Origin: a virus
Taxonomy: Duplodnaviria > Caudoviricetes
Reading direction: 5' to 3' (one strand)
Virus record (IMG/VR): IMGVR_UViG_3300010366_000023
Location: 1-39,384 of that record
Length of the DNA: 39,384 nt
A program made the position numbers and the translations under genes. A model generated the notes under the pieces. That model saw only the letters and a program-made list of their open reading frames with translations. It was not told the origin of the DNA and did no database searches. Positions 1 to 7,448 of the stretch are shown piece by piece; within the stretch, counting starts at the first letter, position 1, and every line of letters starts with the position of its first letter.

Positions 1-89
1 CGCTTGACCGGCCGGGGGCATTGGGCGCATTCCCCTTCCGCTTTCTTTCGCTCCAAGCACCGGGCGTTTCTGTCGTAGGCGGAAGTCAT
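1..89 (-). CDS. N-terminal half of a 58-aa CxxC...CxxC zinc-finger protein spanning the circular junction
   Basis: ATG at 89 gives MTSAYDRNARCLERKKAEGECAQCPRPVK plus 2 nt, which continue in frame at 39384. Confidence 0.7.
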   Translation of the reverse strand, partial: MTSAYDRNARCLERKKAEGECAQCPRPVK

Positions 90-128
90 GCCGCGTCCCC
101 CGGGCCCTCGTCCACGTTCCAAAACTTA

Positions 129-410
129 TCAAGTCCCCGGCGCATTGGTCCCTCGCTTGCGGCGGGTGTAGATGGAGACGAGTCGCCAGCATCCGCCGAC
201 CACGCGCACCGCCGTCACCGCCGCTTTGCGCGTCGGGTAGATGGTTCGTTCCGATGCACCAACGAATCCGCCGCGACCGAGCCACCACGTGGTGGACTCC
301 ATGGTGAGACACCGGAGCGCCACGCCTACGAGGCGCCTCGGTTTGGGAATGCGCACCACCGCAACGGTCACCTCATCCATGGTCCACCTCCCGGTCTGGT
401 TTTCTTCCAT
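129..410 (-). CDS. Hypothetical protein
   Basis: 93-aa ORF co-oriented with its neighbours; upstream GGAGG-like sequence; no recognisable motif. Confidence 0.5.
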   Translation of the reverse strand: MEENQTGRWTMDEVTVAVVRIPKPRRLVGVALRCLTMESTTWWLGRGGFVGASERTIYPTRKAAVTAVRVVGGCWRLVSIYTRRKRGTNAPGT

Positions 411-555
411 GCGTCCCCGACACCTCCCCGCCCTCGTCCTCCTCTAGCCAAACCTCCATGCGTCTCCGCCATCGCCGGGCCTTGAGGTGCGCATCTAGAA
501 CGGCAAACGCCGCACAGATGGACGCGACACCCGCAAGGCCGGCGAGGAGGAGCAC
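373..555 (-). CDS. Small single-TM membrane protein
   Basis: Hydrophobic N-terminus LLLAGLAGVASICAAFAVL followed by basic KARRWRRR. Confidence 0.5.
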   Translation of the reverse strand: MLLLAGLAGVASICAAFAVLDAHLKARRWRRRMEVWLEEDEGGEVSGTHGRKPDREVDHG

Positions 556-580
556 GGGGCTAACCCTCCACCGTGGATAG

Positions 581-655
581 GGTGAGCCGCCCGAGGGAAT
601 CGAACCCTCCTAGCTCCGATACAAGCGGGGGTTGGCTACCAAGCCGGAGCGGCCC
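581..655 (-). tRNA. Atypical/degenerate tRNA-Thr(UGU)-like gene
   Basis: Minus strand reads GGGCCGCTC...GGC-TTGGTA-GCC...CCCCG-CTTGTAT-CGGAG...GAGGG-TTCGATT-CCCTC-GGGCGGCTC-ACC. T arm is perfect and the anticodon is TGT, but the acceptor helix can extend to 9 bp, the D loop is short and CCA is not encoded. Confidence 0.6.
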
Positions 656-682
656 AATTTTTGGCTGCTTTCTTTTGGGGGG

Positions 683-887
683 ACTCCCCCCAATAGGTTC
701 CCCGACCCGGCCATACGTGGCTCTAACTGGCCAAGTCACCATGACTAAGTGAGCGAAACTATTGGACCGTGGCCCCGGTTCGCCGGATTCAGGTTCCTGT
801 GGGACTAACTCCCGTAAGGGTTCAAATCCCTTCTTTCGCACGAATCGGAGTGCCGACTCCCCCCGTACTCCCCCCGAATGGGTCCCC
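683..887. repeat. Putative integrase arm-type binding sites flanking attP
   Basis: ACTCCCCCC at 683-691, 856-864 and 867-875. Extended similarity between ACTCCCCCCAATAGGTTCCCC (683-703) and ACTCCCCCCGAATGGGTCCCC (867-887). Confidence 0.6.
785..840 (+). other. attP: attP core: 3' portion of a tRNA-Leu(CAG)
   Basis: GGA-TTCAGGT-TCC anticodon arm, long variable arm GGGA-CTAAC-TCCC, T arm AAGGG-TTCAAAT-CCCTT, acceptor 3' strand CTTTCGC-A. Lies 48 bp past the integrase stop codon. Confidence 0.8.
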
Positions 888-888
888 A

Positions 889-2004
889 TCAGCGCCTCCC
901 CGTCGCCCGACGCATCGGAGGCAATCCAAGGGCCTCCCGAGCCTGACGGCGTTCCGGGTGGGTATATTTGTTAGTGGTGGTGATGTGCTTGTGACCGACC
1001 AAGAACGCGACGCCCACTAGGGTGGCTTTCTTCTGATCAAGTAGGTCGGTGATTCTGCCGTGGCGAAAGTCGTATGGCGTGGCCTCTTCCGCTTTCCACT
1101 TCTCCAGCTTCCCTTTCGCAGCGGCGGCCCGGCATGCCTTACGGAACGGGACCCGCAAGTCATGGGCGCCAAAGACCGGCCCGATGTCCTTCGCCCACCT
1201 GTCAAGCGCCGCTTGGGCGATGGGGGTGACATCGATATCCCGCTCGTAGGCGACCTTATCGATCGTCTCGGTGATTTTGATCTCCGGTGTCCCCCGCCGG
1301 TAATGGGTGGGGGCTTCGATTTTTTCGACCGTTACGGGGCGTAGGCCCGTTTCCCAAAGCACGATGAAGAAATCCCGGACCGAGTGACGGTGCGGCCCAC
1401 GACGCGCCCGCTCCGACACTTCCGGCATCTCCCGCAAAATGGCCATTGCCTCCCGGCGGGAAAGGGGGACGGCCTTGGTCTTATGCTTCCGCTCCTTGTC
1501 CGGAGTCCCCGGCATGTCCTTCCCCGGATAGGGCAGGGCGGGGACGGCGGTAATGTATTTGTGCTCAGGCGCCGCCGCCCACGTCATGAAGCGGCGCAGT
1601 GTGGAGATCTCTTTAGTAACAGTACTGCGTTTAACCACTTTCAATCGAGCCTTTGAATAGTCTGCTGTCCCAGTGACCCGGTCCAGCGTTTGGTAAAACC
1701 GCGCGAGCCTTCGGGCGTGCCGCTCCAAAAACTTGTAAGTTTGCTTGGCCACAAGCCCCTGCAGGCTTTCGAGCCATGCGGCCATTACTTCGTCAACCGG
1801 TTGGCCTGGGCGGGCGATGACAAGCTGTCGGTCCCACCTACCGGAAATAACTTCGGAGTAGATGAGCGCGGCCTTTTTCGAAGCGAGGCCAATATCTCTT
1901 TCACCCGTTGTGATTTCGCGACGCTGGCCTTGGTGACGGAAGCGAACTTGATAGATTCCATACTTGTTGAGGCGGAGCTTCCACCCTTGTGCTTGGCGAG
2001 CCAT
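889..2004 (-). CDS. int: Tyrosine recombinase / phage integrase
   Basis: TGLR catalytic Arg, YDFRH (HxxRH-like box), VGH, and TTNKY nucleophile Tyr; N-terminal arm-binding-like beta domain. Confidence 0.93.
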   Translation of the reverse strand: MARQAQGWKLRLNKYGIYQVRFRHQGQRREITTGERDIGLASKKAALIYSEVISGRWDRQLVIARPGQPVDEVMAAWLESLQGLVAKQTYKFLERHARRLARFYQTLDRVTGTADYSKARLKVVKRSTVTKEISTLRRFMTWAAAPEHKYITAVPALPYPGKDMPGTPDKERKHKTKAVPLSRREAMAILREMPEVSERARRGPHRHSVRDFFIVLWETGLRPVTVEKIEAPTHYRRGTPEIKITETIDKVAYERDIDVTPIAQAALDRWAKDIGPVFGAHDLRVPFRKACRAAAAKGKLEKWKAEEATPYDFRHGRITDLLDQKKATLVGVAFLVGHKHITTTNKYTHPERRQAREALGLPPMRRATGRR

Positions 2005-2204
2005 TGATCAATGTCCTCTTTCAAAAACCGAGGGCGCCCACCTCCGATACGAATGCAGGGGAGCGCCGCCCGTTTGCGGTCGAAGTCCCGCCGACTCATA
2101 CGGCAATAGGCAGCGGCCTCGACACGGCTTAGGAGATCTTCGCGAATTGCAGGATTGCTCATCATCGGTCCCCTTTGTTCCTGTGAGTCTAGCCCATCGC
2201 TCAT
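1785..2204 (-). CDS. xis: Excisionase-like HTH protein
   Basis: LLSRVEAAAYCRMS...LPCIRIGG.RPRFLKEDIDQWL is a typical Xis/HTH_17 signature. ATGA-coupled to cro and directly upstream of int. Confidence 0.75.
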   Translation of the reverse strand: MSDGLDSQEQRGPMMSNPAIREDLLSRVEAAAYCRMSRRDFDRKRAALPCIRIGGGRPRFLKEDIDQWLAKHKGGSSASTSMESIKFASVTKASVAKSQRVKEILASLRKRPRSSTPKLFPVGGTDSLSSPAQANRLTK

Positions 2205-2428
2205 GCCGCCGCCTTCCTGCGACGGGGGAGCGGTATCAGGCGGACCACGATCCAGTCTTCATAGCTCGTCCCAAGCTCCCGGTTCAGCCGGGGGCACTGC
2301 CCTAGCGTCGGTCGCCTAATCCGGCGACTTATCAGCGAAATAGCCGACTGTGGGACCCCCGTACGCCGTGCTAGCTCCGCCTGGGAGATCTCACGTAATC
2401 GGCGATTGAGCCTGTCAATCGCATCCAT
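2201..2428 (-). CDS. Cro-like XRE HTH regulator
   Basis: SQAELARRTGVPQSAISLI HTH; 75 aa; divergent from the cI-like gene. Confidence 0.85.
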   Translation of the reverse strand: MDAIDRLNRRLREISQAELARRTGVPQSAISLISRRIRRPTLGQCPRLNRELGTSYEDWIVVRLIPLPRRRKAAA

Positions 2429-2435
2429 CTAGCGC

Positions 2436-2464
2436 CCTATAGCAATCGCGATAGGGATACGCAA
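2436..2464 (-). promoter_or_regulatory. Sigma70-type cro promoter with embedded operator; likely leaderless mRNA
   Basis: TTGCGT-17 nt-TATAGG with TG extension, 7 nt before the cro ATG. Contains the 17-mer CTATCGCGATTGCTATA (2438-2454). Confidence 0.7.
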
Positions 2465-2536
2465 CACCTATCGATCGTCACCCCTAAGACATACAAGGTA
2501 TGCTAAACACTTCATTCCCGACCGTGGCGAACGGAG

Positions 2537-2565
2537 TTGGTTTTCCACAGGCTTTGACCTAGGAT
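2537..2565 (+). promoter_or_regulatory. Candidate cI promoter
   Basis: TTGGTT-17 nt-TAGGAT shortly before GTG 2575; no Shine-Dalgarno sequence. Confidence 0.4.
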
Positions 2566-2574
2566 TCAACGAAC

Positions 2575-3099
2575 GTGAGTAACGACCGAAAGCGGAGCCA
2601 GATCTCCCCGAAGCAGACCGAGCTACTTAAGCGTTGGCTTGATTCCCTCCTTCATCCGGACGGCGGTACGGCCCGGACGCAAACGCAACTAGCGGAGCTT
2701 TTGGGGGTGAGTCAGCCGCTTATTTCGGATGTCCTCCGGGGAAAGCAGATCCCAAGCATGGGGACCGTTCGCCTCATGATCGAAAACGGGCAAAAAAGAC
2801 TAGGCCCCAAGGCGGATTTTACTTCCCTAATGCAGACTGCCCTTTACTGTCTAGGCCCTTACGAGGCAAGGGCCATGATACGAGCGAGGGGGCAAGCCCT
2901 AGATATTCTGTCGGCCGTCTATGACGAGGATTTCCTGCAGGCCATTGAAGCCGCCGATTGTCCGCCCCAAGGTGAAGGGTGGAACGTGGAGCAGTGGATC
3001 GAATACATCGTGCAATGCCGCCGCCTTTGGCGCGGTAGCAACCCCTCCGCCGCCCATATCCGCCGCATCGGCCCCGCCATCGCCAAAAAGGGCGGATGA
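2575..3099 (+). CDS. CI-like repressor (XRE HTH)
   Basis: TQTQLAELLGVSQPLISDVLRGKQIPS HTH; divergent from cro and flanked by operators. No S24 peptidase motif evident. Confidence 0.8.
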   Translation: MSNDRKRSQISPKQTELLKRWLDSLLHPDGGTARTQTQLAELLGVSQPLISDVLRGKQIPSMGTVRLMIENGQKRLGPKADFTSLMQTALYCLGPYEARAMIRARGQALDILSAVYDEDFLQAIEAADCPPQGEGWNVEQWIEYIVQCRRLWRGSNPSAAHIRRIGPAIAKKGG

Positions 3100-3248
3100 G
3101 CCGCACGATTATCCGAGGCCGGGGACGCGCCCCGAACGGCCACCGCTCCTAATTCCGCCGCCGGCCCCATGCCCATTTCCGGACCCGCGTAGCCCAATGT
3201 AGGCCAATCCGCTCGGGTGGCCTACCTCACATTTGCGGCTAGCTATAT

Positions 3249-3267
3249 CTATCGCGATTGCTATAAT
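3249..3267 (+). promoter_or_regulatory. Second operator copy overlapping an extended -10 promoter for the rightward early operon
   Basis: CTATCGCGATTGCTATA at 3249-3265 is the exact reverse complement of 2438-2454; TGcTATAAT at 3259-3267. Confidence 0.75.
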
Positions 3268-3328
3268 CCGGATATGAGCCAACGTCGTGGGTGTACGGGG
3301 GGGATCGACGGGCGGAGCTTGCCGGACG

Positions 3329-3556
3329 ATGCGCAAGGCTAACCAAGCCCGCCCCGATTGCGCCGATTGCTTGGATGCGGGCGAAACCTGCGATCGGCAT
3401 GCGGGCCGCTGCATTGGGTGCGGTTCGGTCAACGTGAGCCACCCCGACGTGCACGCCTATCGGGACGGCGTGCGGGCGTGGTGGTGCCGCGAATGTGACG
3501 GCGAATGGCGCCGTGAAGAGCAGGCCGAAATCAGGGCCGAATTGAGGAGAGGTTAA
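3329..3556 (+). CDS. Cys-rich zinc-binding hypothetical protein
   Basis: CADC, CDRH, CIGC and CREC motifs. Start uncertain (GTG 3287 or ATG 3329). Confidence 0.65.
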   Translation: MRKANQARPDCADCLDAGETCDRHAGRCIGCGSVNVSHPDVHAYRDGVRAWWCRECDGEWRREEQAEIRAELRRG

Positions 3557-3561
3557 GTCGA

Positions 3562-3816
3562 ATGAGTTTACCGTTTAAAATCCACGCGGCACCCGTTGCC
3601 AACAAAGCCGCCGCCAAGGGCAAGCTACTTGCCACCGCGGCACATGCGGAGGACGCGGCGGCCATCGTTTCCGCGCAGGGCGACGGAGCTTCTATCTGGT
3701 ATATGGGCGTTTGCGTTTGGCGGGAGGGTGCCGAGACGTTCCCGGCCGGGGAAAGCTACGATGCCGTTGCGGAAGTCATCCACAGTCGCATCGATGGCAG
3801 TGAGGGGGAGTCATGA
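3562..3816 (+). CDS. Hypothetical protein
   Basis: 84-aa ORF with GAGG RBS; ATGA-coupled to the next gene. Confidence 0.7.
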   Translation: MSLPFKIHAAPVANKAAAKGKLLATAAHAEDAAAIVSAQGDGASIWYMGVCVWREGAETFPAGESYDAVAEVIHSRIDGSEGES

Positions 3817-4427
3817 AAAGCTTGTTTCGGACGATTGGGCACATCATCGGGTGGATCCGCTACGTGGCGGCCCACATCAAAAAGGACCACAGCGATCCGG
3901 GCGCGCTTGTCGCCCTCGCCGTGATCGCCACCATTGGGGCCATCACGATGGGGTGCCTGCGGTGTCGTCCGGTGGTGATCGTGCTCGATTCGGGCTTCAA
4001 CGATACGGAAATCAAGGCCGCCGAAAACGCCGCGCAAGCTTGGGAGGATAGCTCCGGGGGCGCGCTTCACCTTGATGTCATCTCCCGCCGCGTGACCGCC
4101 GTTGGTTACTCGCCCGCAGGCCGGGTCAACGTGCATCCGTCGACCTGGAACGAGGTGCAGGCGATGCGCGCCAAGCTTGGCGCCTCGGGTGACCTTTGCG
4201 GCGGCGGACTGACCGGTAGTGCCGTGCGCGATGCGGATATCTGGATCGTCATGGATAAGCCCGAAATCTGCCCGCCGACCTACGTTCTATTCCTCCATGA
4301 ATTCGGCCACATTCTGGAGGACAACGGAAACCACGTTGGCGAGGGCGAGGGCGTCATGGAGCCGAATCCCAATAACCAACACCGCGAAATCACGGCCGCC
4401 GATCTGGCCCTGGTGATGGGACAATGA
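3813..4427 (+). CDS. Membrane-anchored zinc metallopeptidase (matrixin/metzincin-like)
   Basis: TM segment ALVALAVIATIGAITMGC; AAQAW motif; DADIWI; LHEFGHILEDNGNH zinc site; GVMEP Met-turn. Confidence 0.75.
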   Translation: MKSLFRTIGHIIGWIRYVAAHIKKDHSDPGALVALAVIATIGAITMGCLRCRPVVIVLDSGFNDTEIKAAENAAQAWEDSSGGALHLDVISRRVTAVGYSPAGRVNVHPSTWNEVQAMRAKLGASGDLCGGGLTGSAVRDADIWIVMDKPEICPPTYVLFLHEFGHILEDNGNHVGEGEGVMEPNPNNQHREITAADLALVMGQ

Positions 4428-4759
4428 AAGACGAGGCCTACGCCCATGCTGTCCGCCTCCTAGAGGCTCGCATTGTCCAGCTTGAAACGGAGCTAGAGCG
4501 AGTACGGGGCGAGCGTGATCGACTGATCGGCCGGGAGCAAGGGGCCGAATATGCGCCCGGCGTAGCGGCTCCCTTGGCCAAGGTCGATACGCTCATCCCG
4601 CCCGCCGCTTCCGAGGCCGTAGCCAAGCTCCTAGAGGCCGCAAAGGCCGCCCACGGCTGCATGCTGAGTCCCCGCTCCGGAGTCGCTATCCAATTGGCGG
4701 GCGCTATCGCCACCATCGAAAGTCTCGGTCGATTCGTGCGGGGGAGGTGGGTGCTTTGA
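4424..4759 (+). CDS. Coiled-coil hypothetical protein
   Basis: Heptad LEARIVQLETELERVRGERDRL; overlaps both neighbours. Confidence 0.65.
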   Translation: MKDEAYAHAVRLLEARIVQLETELERVRGERDRLIGREQGAEYAPGVAAPLAKVDTLIPPAASEAVAKLLEAAKAAHGCMLSPRSGVAIQLAGAIATIESLGRFVRGRWVL

Positions 4760-5433
4760 ATTCCTGGTTTCGCCTACCCTGGCCGGAGGTGCCCACCGTA
4801 TGGATCGATACGGAGACCACGGGAACGCACCCGGGAATCGATCGCGCCGTGTCGATTGGGCTTGTGCGTTTTGAGCGTGGACAGGCTGTGGCGGAATACC
4901 ATTCCTTGGTAAACCCCTGCTTTCCTATCCCCCTGGAGTCCACCGCCATCCACGGGATTACGGATGACATGGTGGAGGGGGAATCCCGCATTGAACACAT
5001 TGTGCAACGCCCCGAATTCAAGGCCATTGTTGAGGGGTGTCAACCGGGAGCCTATAACGCGCCATTCGATCGGTGGATGGTGCCGCCGTTCACGTTCGAT
5101 AGGACATGGCCCTGGCTTGATTGCCTATCGCTTATCAGGAAGGTCGATCGGTTCGAGAAGGGGCAGGGCCGCCACCGCCTGGCCAACGTTGCCGCCCGCC
5201 ACGGTGTCCCGCTAGCCAAGGCCCATAGCGCCTTGGATGACGCCCGGGCGGCGGGTGAAGTCTTCTATAAGCTTGCTCCTCGCGTCTACGGCCCCGACTG
5301 GTGGCTTGGAAATGTGCTCCACCGCCAGGCCATGGACGAGGTGATGGAATGGTACAGATTCAACAAATGGCTGTCCGGACAGCCACCCTTACCCCTTCCG
5401 GAGGAGAGTAACAGTGCAAGTAGCGAAGCGTGA
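4747..5433 (+). CDS. DEDDh 3'-5' exonuclease (DnaQ / Pol III epsilon-like)
   Basis: ExoI IDTETTG, ExoII YNAPFD, ExoIII HSALDD. Confidence 0.92.
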   Translation: MGALNSWFRLPWPEVPTVWIDTETTGTHPGIDRAVSIGLVRFERGQAVAEYHSLVNPCFPIPLESTAIHGITDDMVEGESRIEHIVQRPEFKAIVEGCQPGAYNAPFDRWMVPPFTFDRTWPWLDCLSLIRKVDRFEKGQGRHRLANVAARHGVPLAKAHSALDDARAAGEVFYKLAPRVYGPDWWLGNVLHRQAMDEVMEWYRFNKWLSGQPPLPLPEESNSASSEA

Positions 5434-6289
5434 ATTGGGCCCCGGTATCTACAAGCGTCTACCCTATGGGCTTTATGAGGGTATCCCCGCCACTAACTCC
5501 AGCTCCCTACGGGAATTGCTCCGGAGCCCGAAGCAGTACCTTTACCGAAAGGAGAACCGGAAGGAATCCGAGGCCCTCACCTTGGGCCTAGCCGCCCACA
5601 CCGCGATCCTTGAGCCGCATCGGTTCTTGGCGGAGTACGCGCTATGGGATGAGCGTTCCGATAACGGCAACGTCCGGCCCCGCCGCGGCAAGGATTGGGA
5701 TGCTTTCCAGGCCGCGCAGGGAGCGCAAGGCCGGCGGATCGTACGGGCGGACGAGTATTACCTAGCCGCTGCGATGCGGGACGCGGTACGAGGCCATGGG
5801 CCGGCCCTTCGCTATCTCAAGAAAGGGGACTCGGAAATCTCCATGGTGTGGGATGACCCGGAGACCCGCTTTAGGTGCAAGGGTCGGGTCGACTGGATCG
5901 CAGACGATAATGACGTCCCGGTCCTTGTGGGCGTCAAAACCGCCCGGGAATGCGGCCCTCGCACCTTTGCCGCCGCCGCCTACCGCTACGGCTACCATAT
6001 CCAATGGGCCTTCTACCACGATGGATTCGCGGCCACCACCTCTGTCCAGCCACGCGTGATCGAAATCGTCGTGGAAAAGGAGGCTCCCCATGACGTTGCG
6101 GTCTACCAGGTCCCGCCCGAAATAATCGAACTAGGTCGGGACGAGTACCGCCGCCTGCTTCTTCTTCTTATGGAGTGCGAGCATACCCACAATTACCCCG
6201 GATGCGTCCCGGGCGAACAGATCCTGAGCTTTCCCGCTTACGCTTACGATATGGATAACGACATTGAATCCCTAGGGTTGGAGGCATAA
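5414..6289 (+). CDS. RecE / exonuclease VIII-like PD-(D/E)xK protein (DUF3799-like)
   Basis: SSSL...SP, G.AAH.AILEP, E.S..W.D..T...CKGRVDW, KT and YGYHIQ.AFY motifs. Confidence 0.85.
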   Translation: MQVAKRELGPGIYKRLPYGLYEGIPATNSSSLRELLRSPKQYLYRKENRKESEALTLGLAAHTAILEPHRFLAEYALWDERSDNGNVRPRRGKDWDAFQAAQGAQGRRIVRADEYYLAAAMRDAVRGHGPALRYLKKGDSEISMVWDDPETRFRCKGRVDWIADDNDVPVLVGVKTARECGPRTFAAAAYRYGYHIQWAFYHDGFAATTSVQPRVIEIVVEKEAPHDVAVYQVPPEIIELGRDEYRRLLLLLMECEHTHNYPGCVPGEQILSFPAYAYDMDNDIESLGLEA

Positions 6290-6747
6290 TGAGCGAGTTT
6301 AAGAAACCGGTCGATTGGGATGAATTGTACCCCGGTCGATTTTTGAAGGCGGGCCAGCTCCTTGGCCGGAAGGTCACGCTAACGATCGCGAGTGTGGACG
6401 TGGACGAGCTAGAGGGCGACAAGGGCAAGAAAATGAAGGGTATTGTCTCGTTCGAAAAAACGCCCATGCAGCTAGCCTTGAATCGCACGAACGGCGTTTG
6501 CCTAAAGGCGATGTTTGGCCGTCACCTCGCCGATTGGGTGGGCAAAAAGGTCACCCTCTTTCCGTCCGAATGGAACGGTGAGCCGTGCATTCGGGTGTGG
6601 GGATCGCCCGATATCGAGGCCGACATGGCGATCGAAGTCCAGCTCCCCCGCCGTCGCCCGATCGCTATGACGCTGCACAAGGTCGGGACCAAGGCGGAGG
6701 CCGCCGCCTCGGACGGCGCGCTACCCTCGTCTCCGCCGCCGTCCTAG
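6289..6747 (+). CDS. Putative ssDNA-binding / annealing protein
   Basis: FLKA..L.G..VTLTI..V...LALNRTN...L..MFG....WVGKKVTLF...PCIRV pattern of OB-fold-like phage proteins; directly after the RecE-like gene. Confidence 0.55.
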   Translation: MSEFKKPVDWDELYPGRFLKAGQLLGRKVTLTIASVDVDELEGDKGKKMKGIVSFEKTPMQLALNRTNGVCLKAMFGRHLADWVGKKVTLFPSEWNGEPCIRVWGSPDIEADMAIEVQLPRRRPIAMTLHKVGTKAEAAASDGALPSSPPPS

Positions 6748-6772
6748 CTGGCCAATCTCAAAACCTCTCCAC

Positions 6773-6808
6773 GGGCCCGGTAGCGCAAGCGATCGGGCCC
6801 TTTCTTTT
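6773..6808 (+). terminator. Rho-independent terminator ending the rightward early operon
   Basis: GGGCCCGGT...ATCGGGCCC hairpin followed by TTTCTTTT. Confidence 0.8.
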
Positions 6809-6882
6809 GCCCTACCGAATACCATTGATCCCCCGGTGGCTCCCGATTATATGAATCCTGATAATTGGGAAGCGAGGGGATC

Positions 6883-7185
6883 ATGGCCTGGAATTGGTCG
6901 ACGGTTCTTGAAAGCGCCCCGCGTTCGGCTGCAGGCCGGTTCCTAAACGAGCAGATCGGGCGCCATGCCCCGGGGGCATGGCCAAACGGAACGCGGGTCC
7001 AGCGGGCGATCCTGACGGCTAGGGACCTCGATAGGGTCAAGGACGAGGGGGAGGTGGTGGGCTCGGTCGGTCCCGTCATCATCGCCCACGAGAGGGAATA
7101 CGCGTATCTCGTGGCGTGGGACGACTTCCCCGCCGTCCCTATCCTTACCCTTGGATATCGGCTAGAGCGGATCGATGGATCCTAA
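6883..7185 (+). CDS. Hypothetical protein (possible SH3-like barrel)
   Basis: GAGGGG RBS before ATG 6883; PNGTRV...EGEVVG...YLVAWDD beta pattern. Confidence 0.6.
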   Translation: MAWNWSTVLESAPRSAAGRFLNEQIGRHAPGAWPNGTRVQRAILTARDLDRVKDEGEVVGSVGPVIIAHEREYAYLVAWDDFPAVPILTLGYRLERIDGS

Positions 7186-7300
7186 GGACCTCCACCCCGC
7201 CGCGCGCGCCATCCTCTACACCTTTCTCGGTCTCATGGTGGCGGCATGCGTGGCGCTGGAAATTCTGCTTCTCACGCATGGGAGCCTTTTGGACCCCTAA
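7175..7300 (+). CDS. 41-aa single-TM peptide (not in ORF track)
   Basis: MDPKDLHPAARAILYTFLGLMVAACVALEILLLTHGSLLDP*, translated by hand; overlaps the upstream stop. Confidence 0.5.
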   Translation: MDPKDLHPAARAILYTFLGLMVAACVALEILLLTHGSLLDP

Positions 7301-7445
7301 CGCCGTAGCCGACCGGGCCGCCAACGCCCGGCGGAAGCGCCTTCTTTTTGGCCCGCATGCGCCGAATATCAGCGTCAAATTCGGCGGCCACTTCGGGCTT
7401 GACCGCATGCAGAAACCGCCTCTGCTTAGCGCTCTTATAGGGCAT
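7272..7445 (-). CDS. 57-aa basic protein ending the morphogenesis operon (not in ORF track)
   Basis: MPYKSAKQRRFLHAVKPEVAAEFD...; starts 3 nt after the fibre gene stop. I recall MPxKSxKQRR N-termini from small phage proteins. Confidence 0.65.
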   Translation of the reverse strand: MPYKSAKQRRFLHAVKPEVAAEFDADIRRMRAKKKALPPGVGGPVGYGVRGPKGSHA

Positions 7446-7448
7446 GGC

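Noticed and set aside
3088-3099. cI-like repressor also ends in Gly-Gly
   Set aside because: It is an HTH protein with a basic unstructured tail; GG is common by chance in GC-rich DNA.
2438-3265. Invertible DNA switch flipping cI between the 17-bp inverted repeats
   Set aside because: Each copy overlaps an outward promoter, as operators do, and no invertase was seen. Operator function is the simpler reading.
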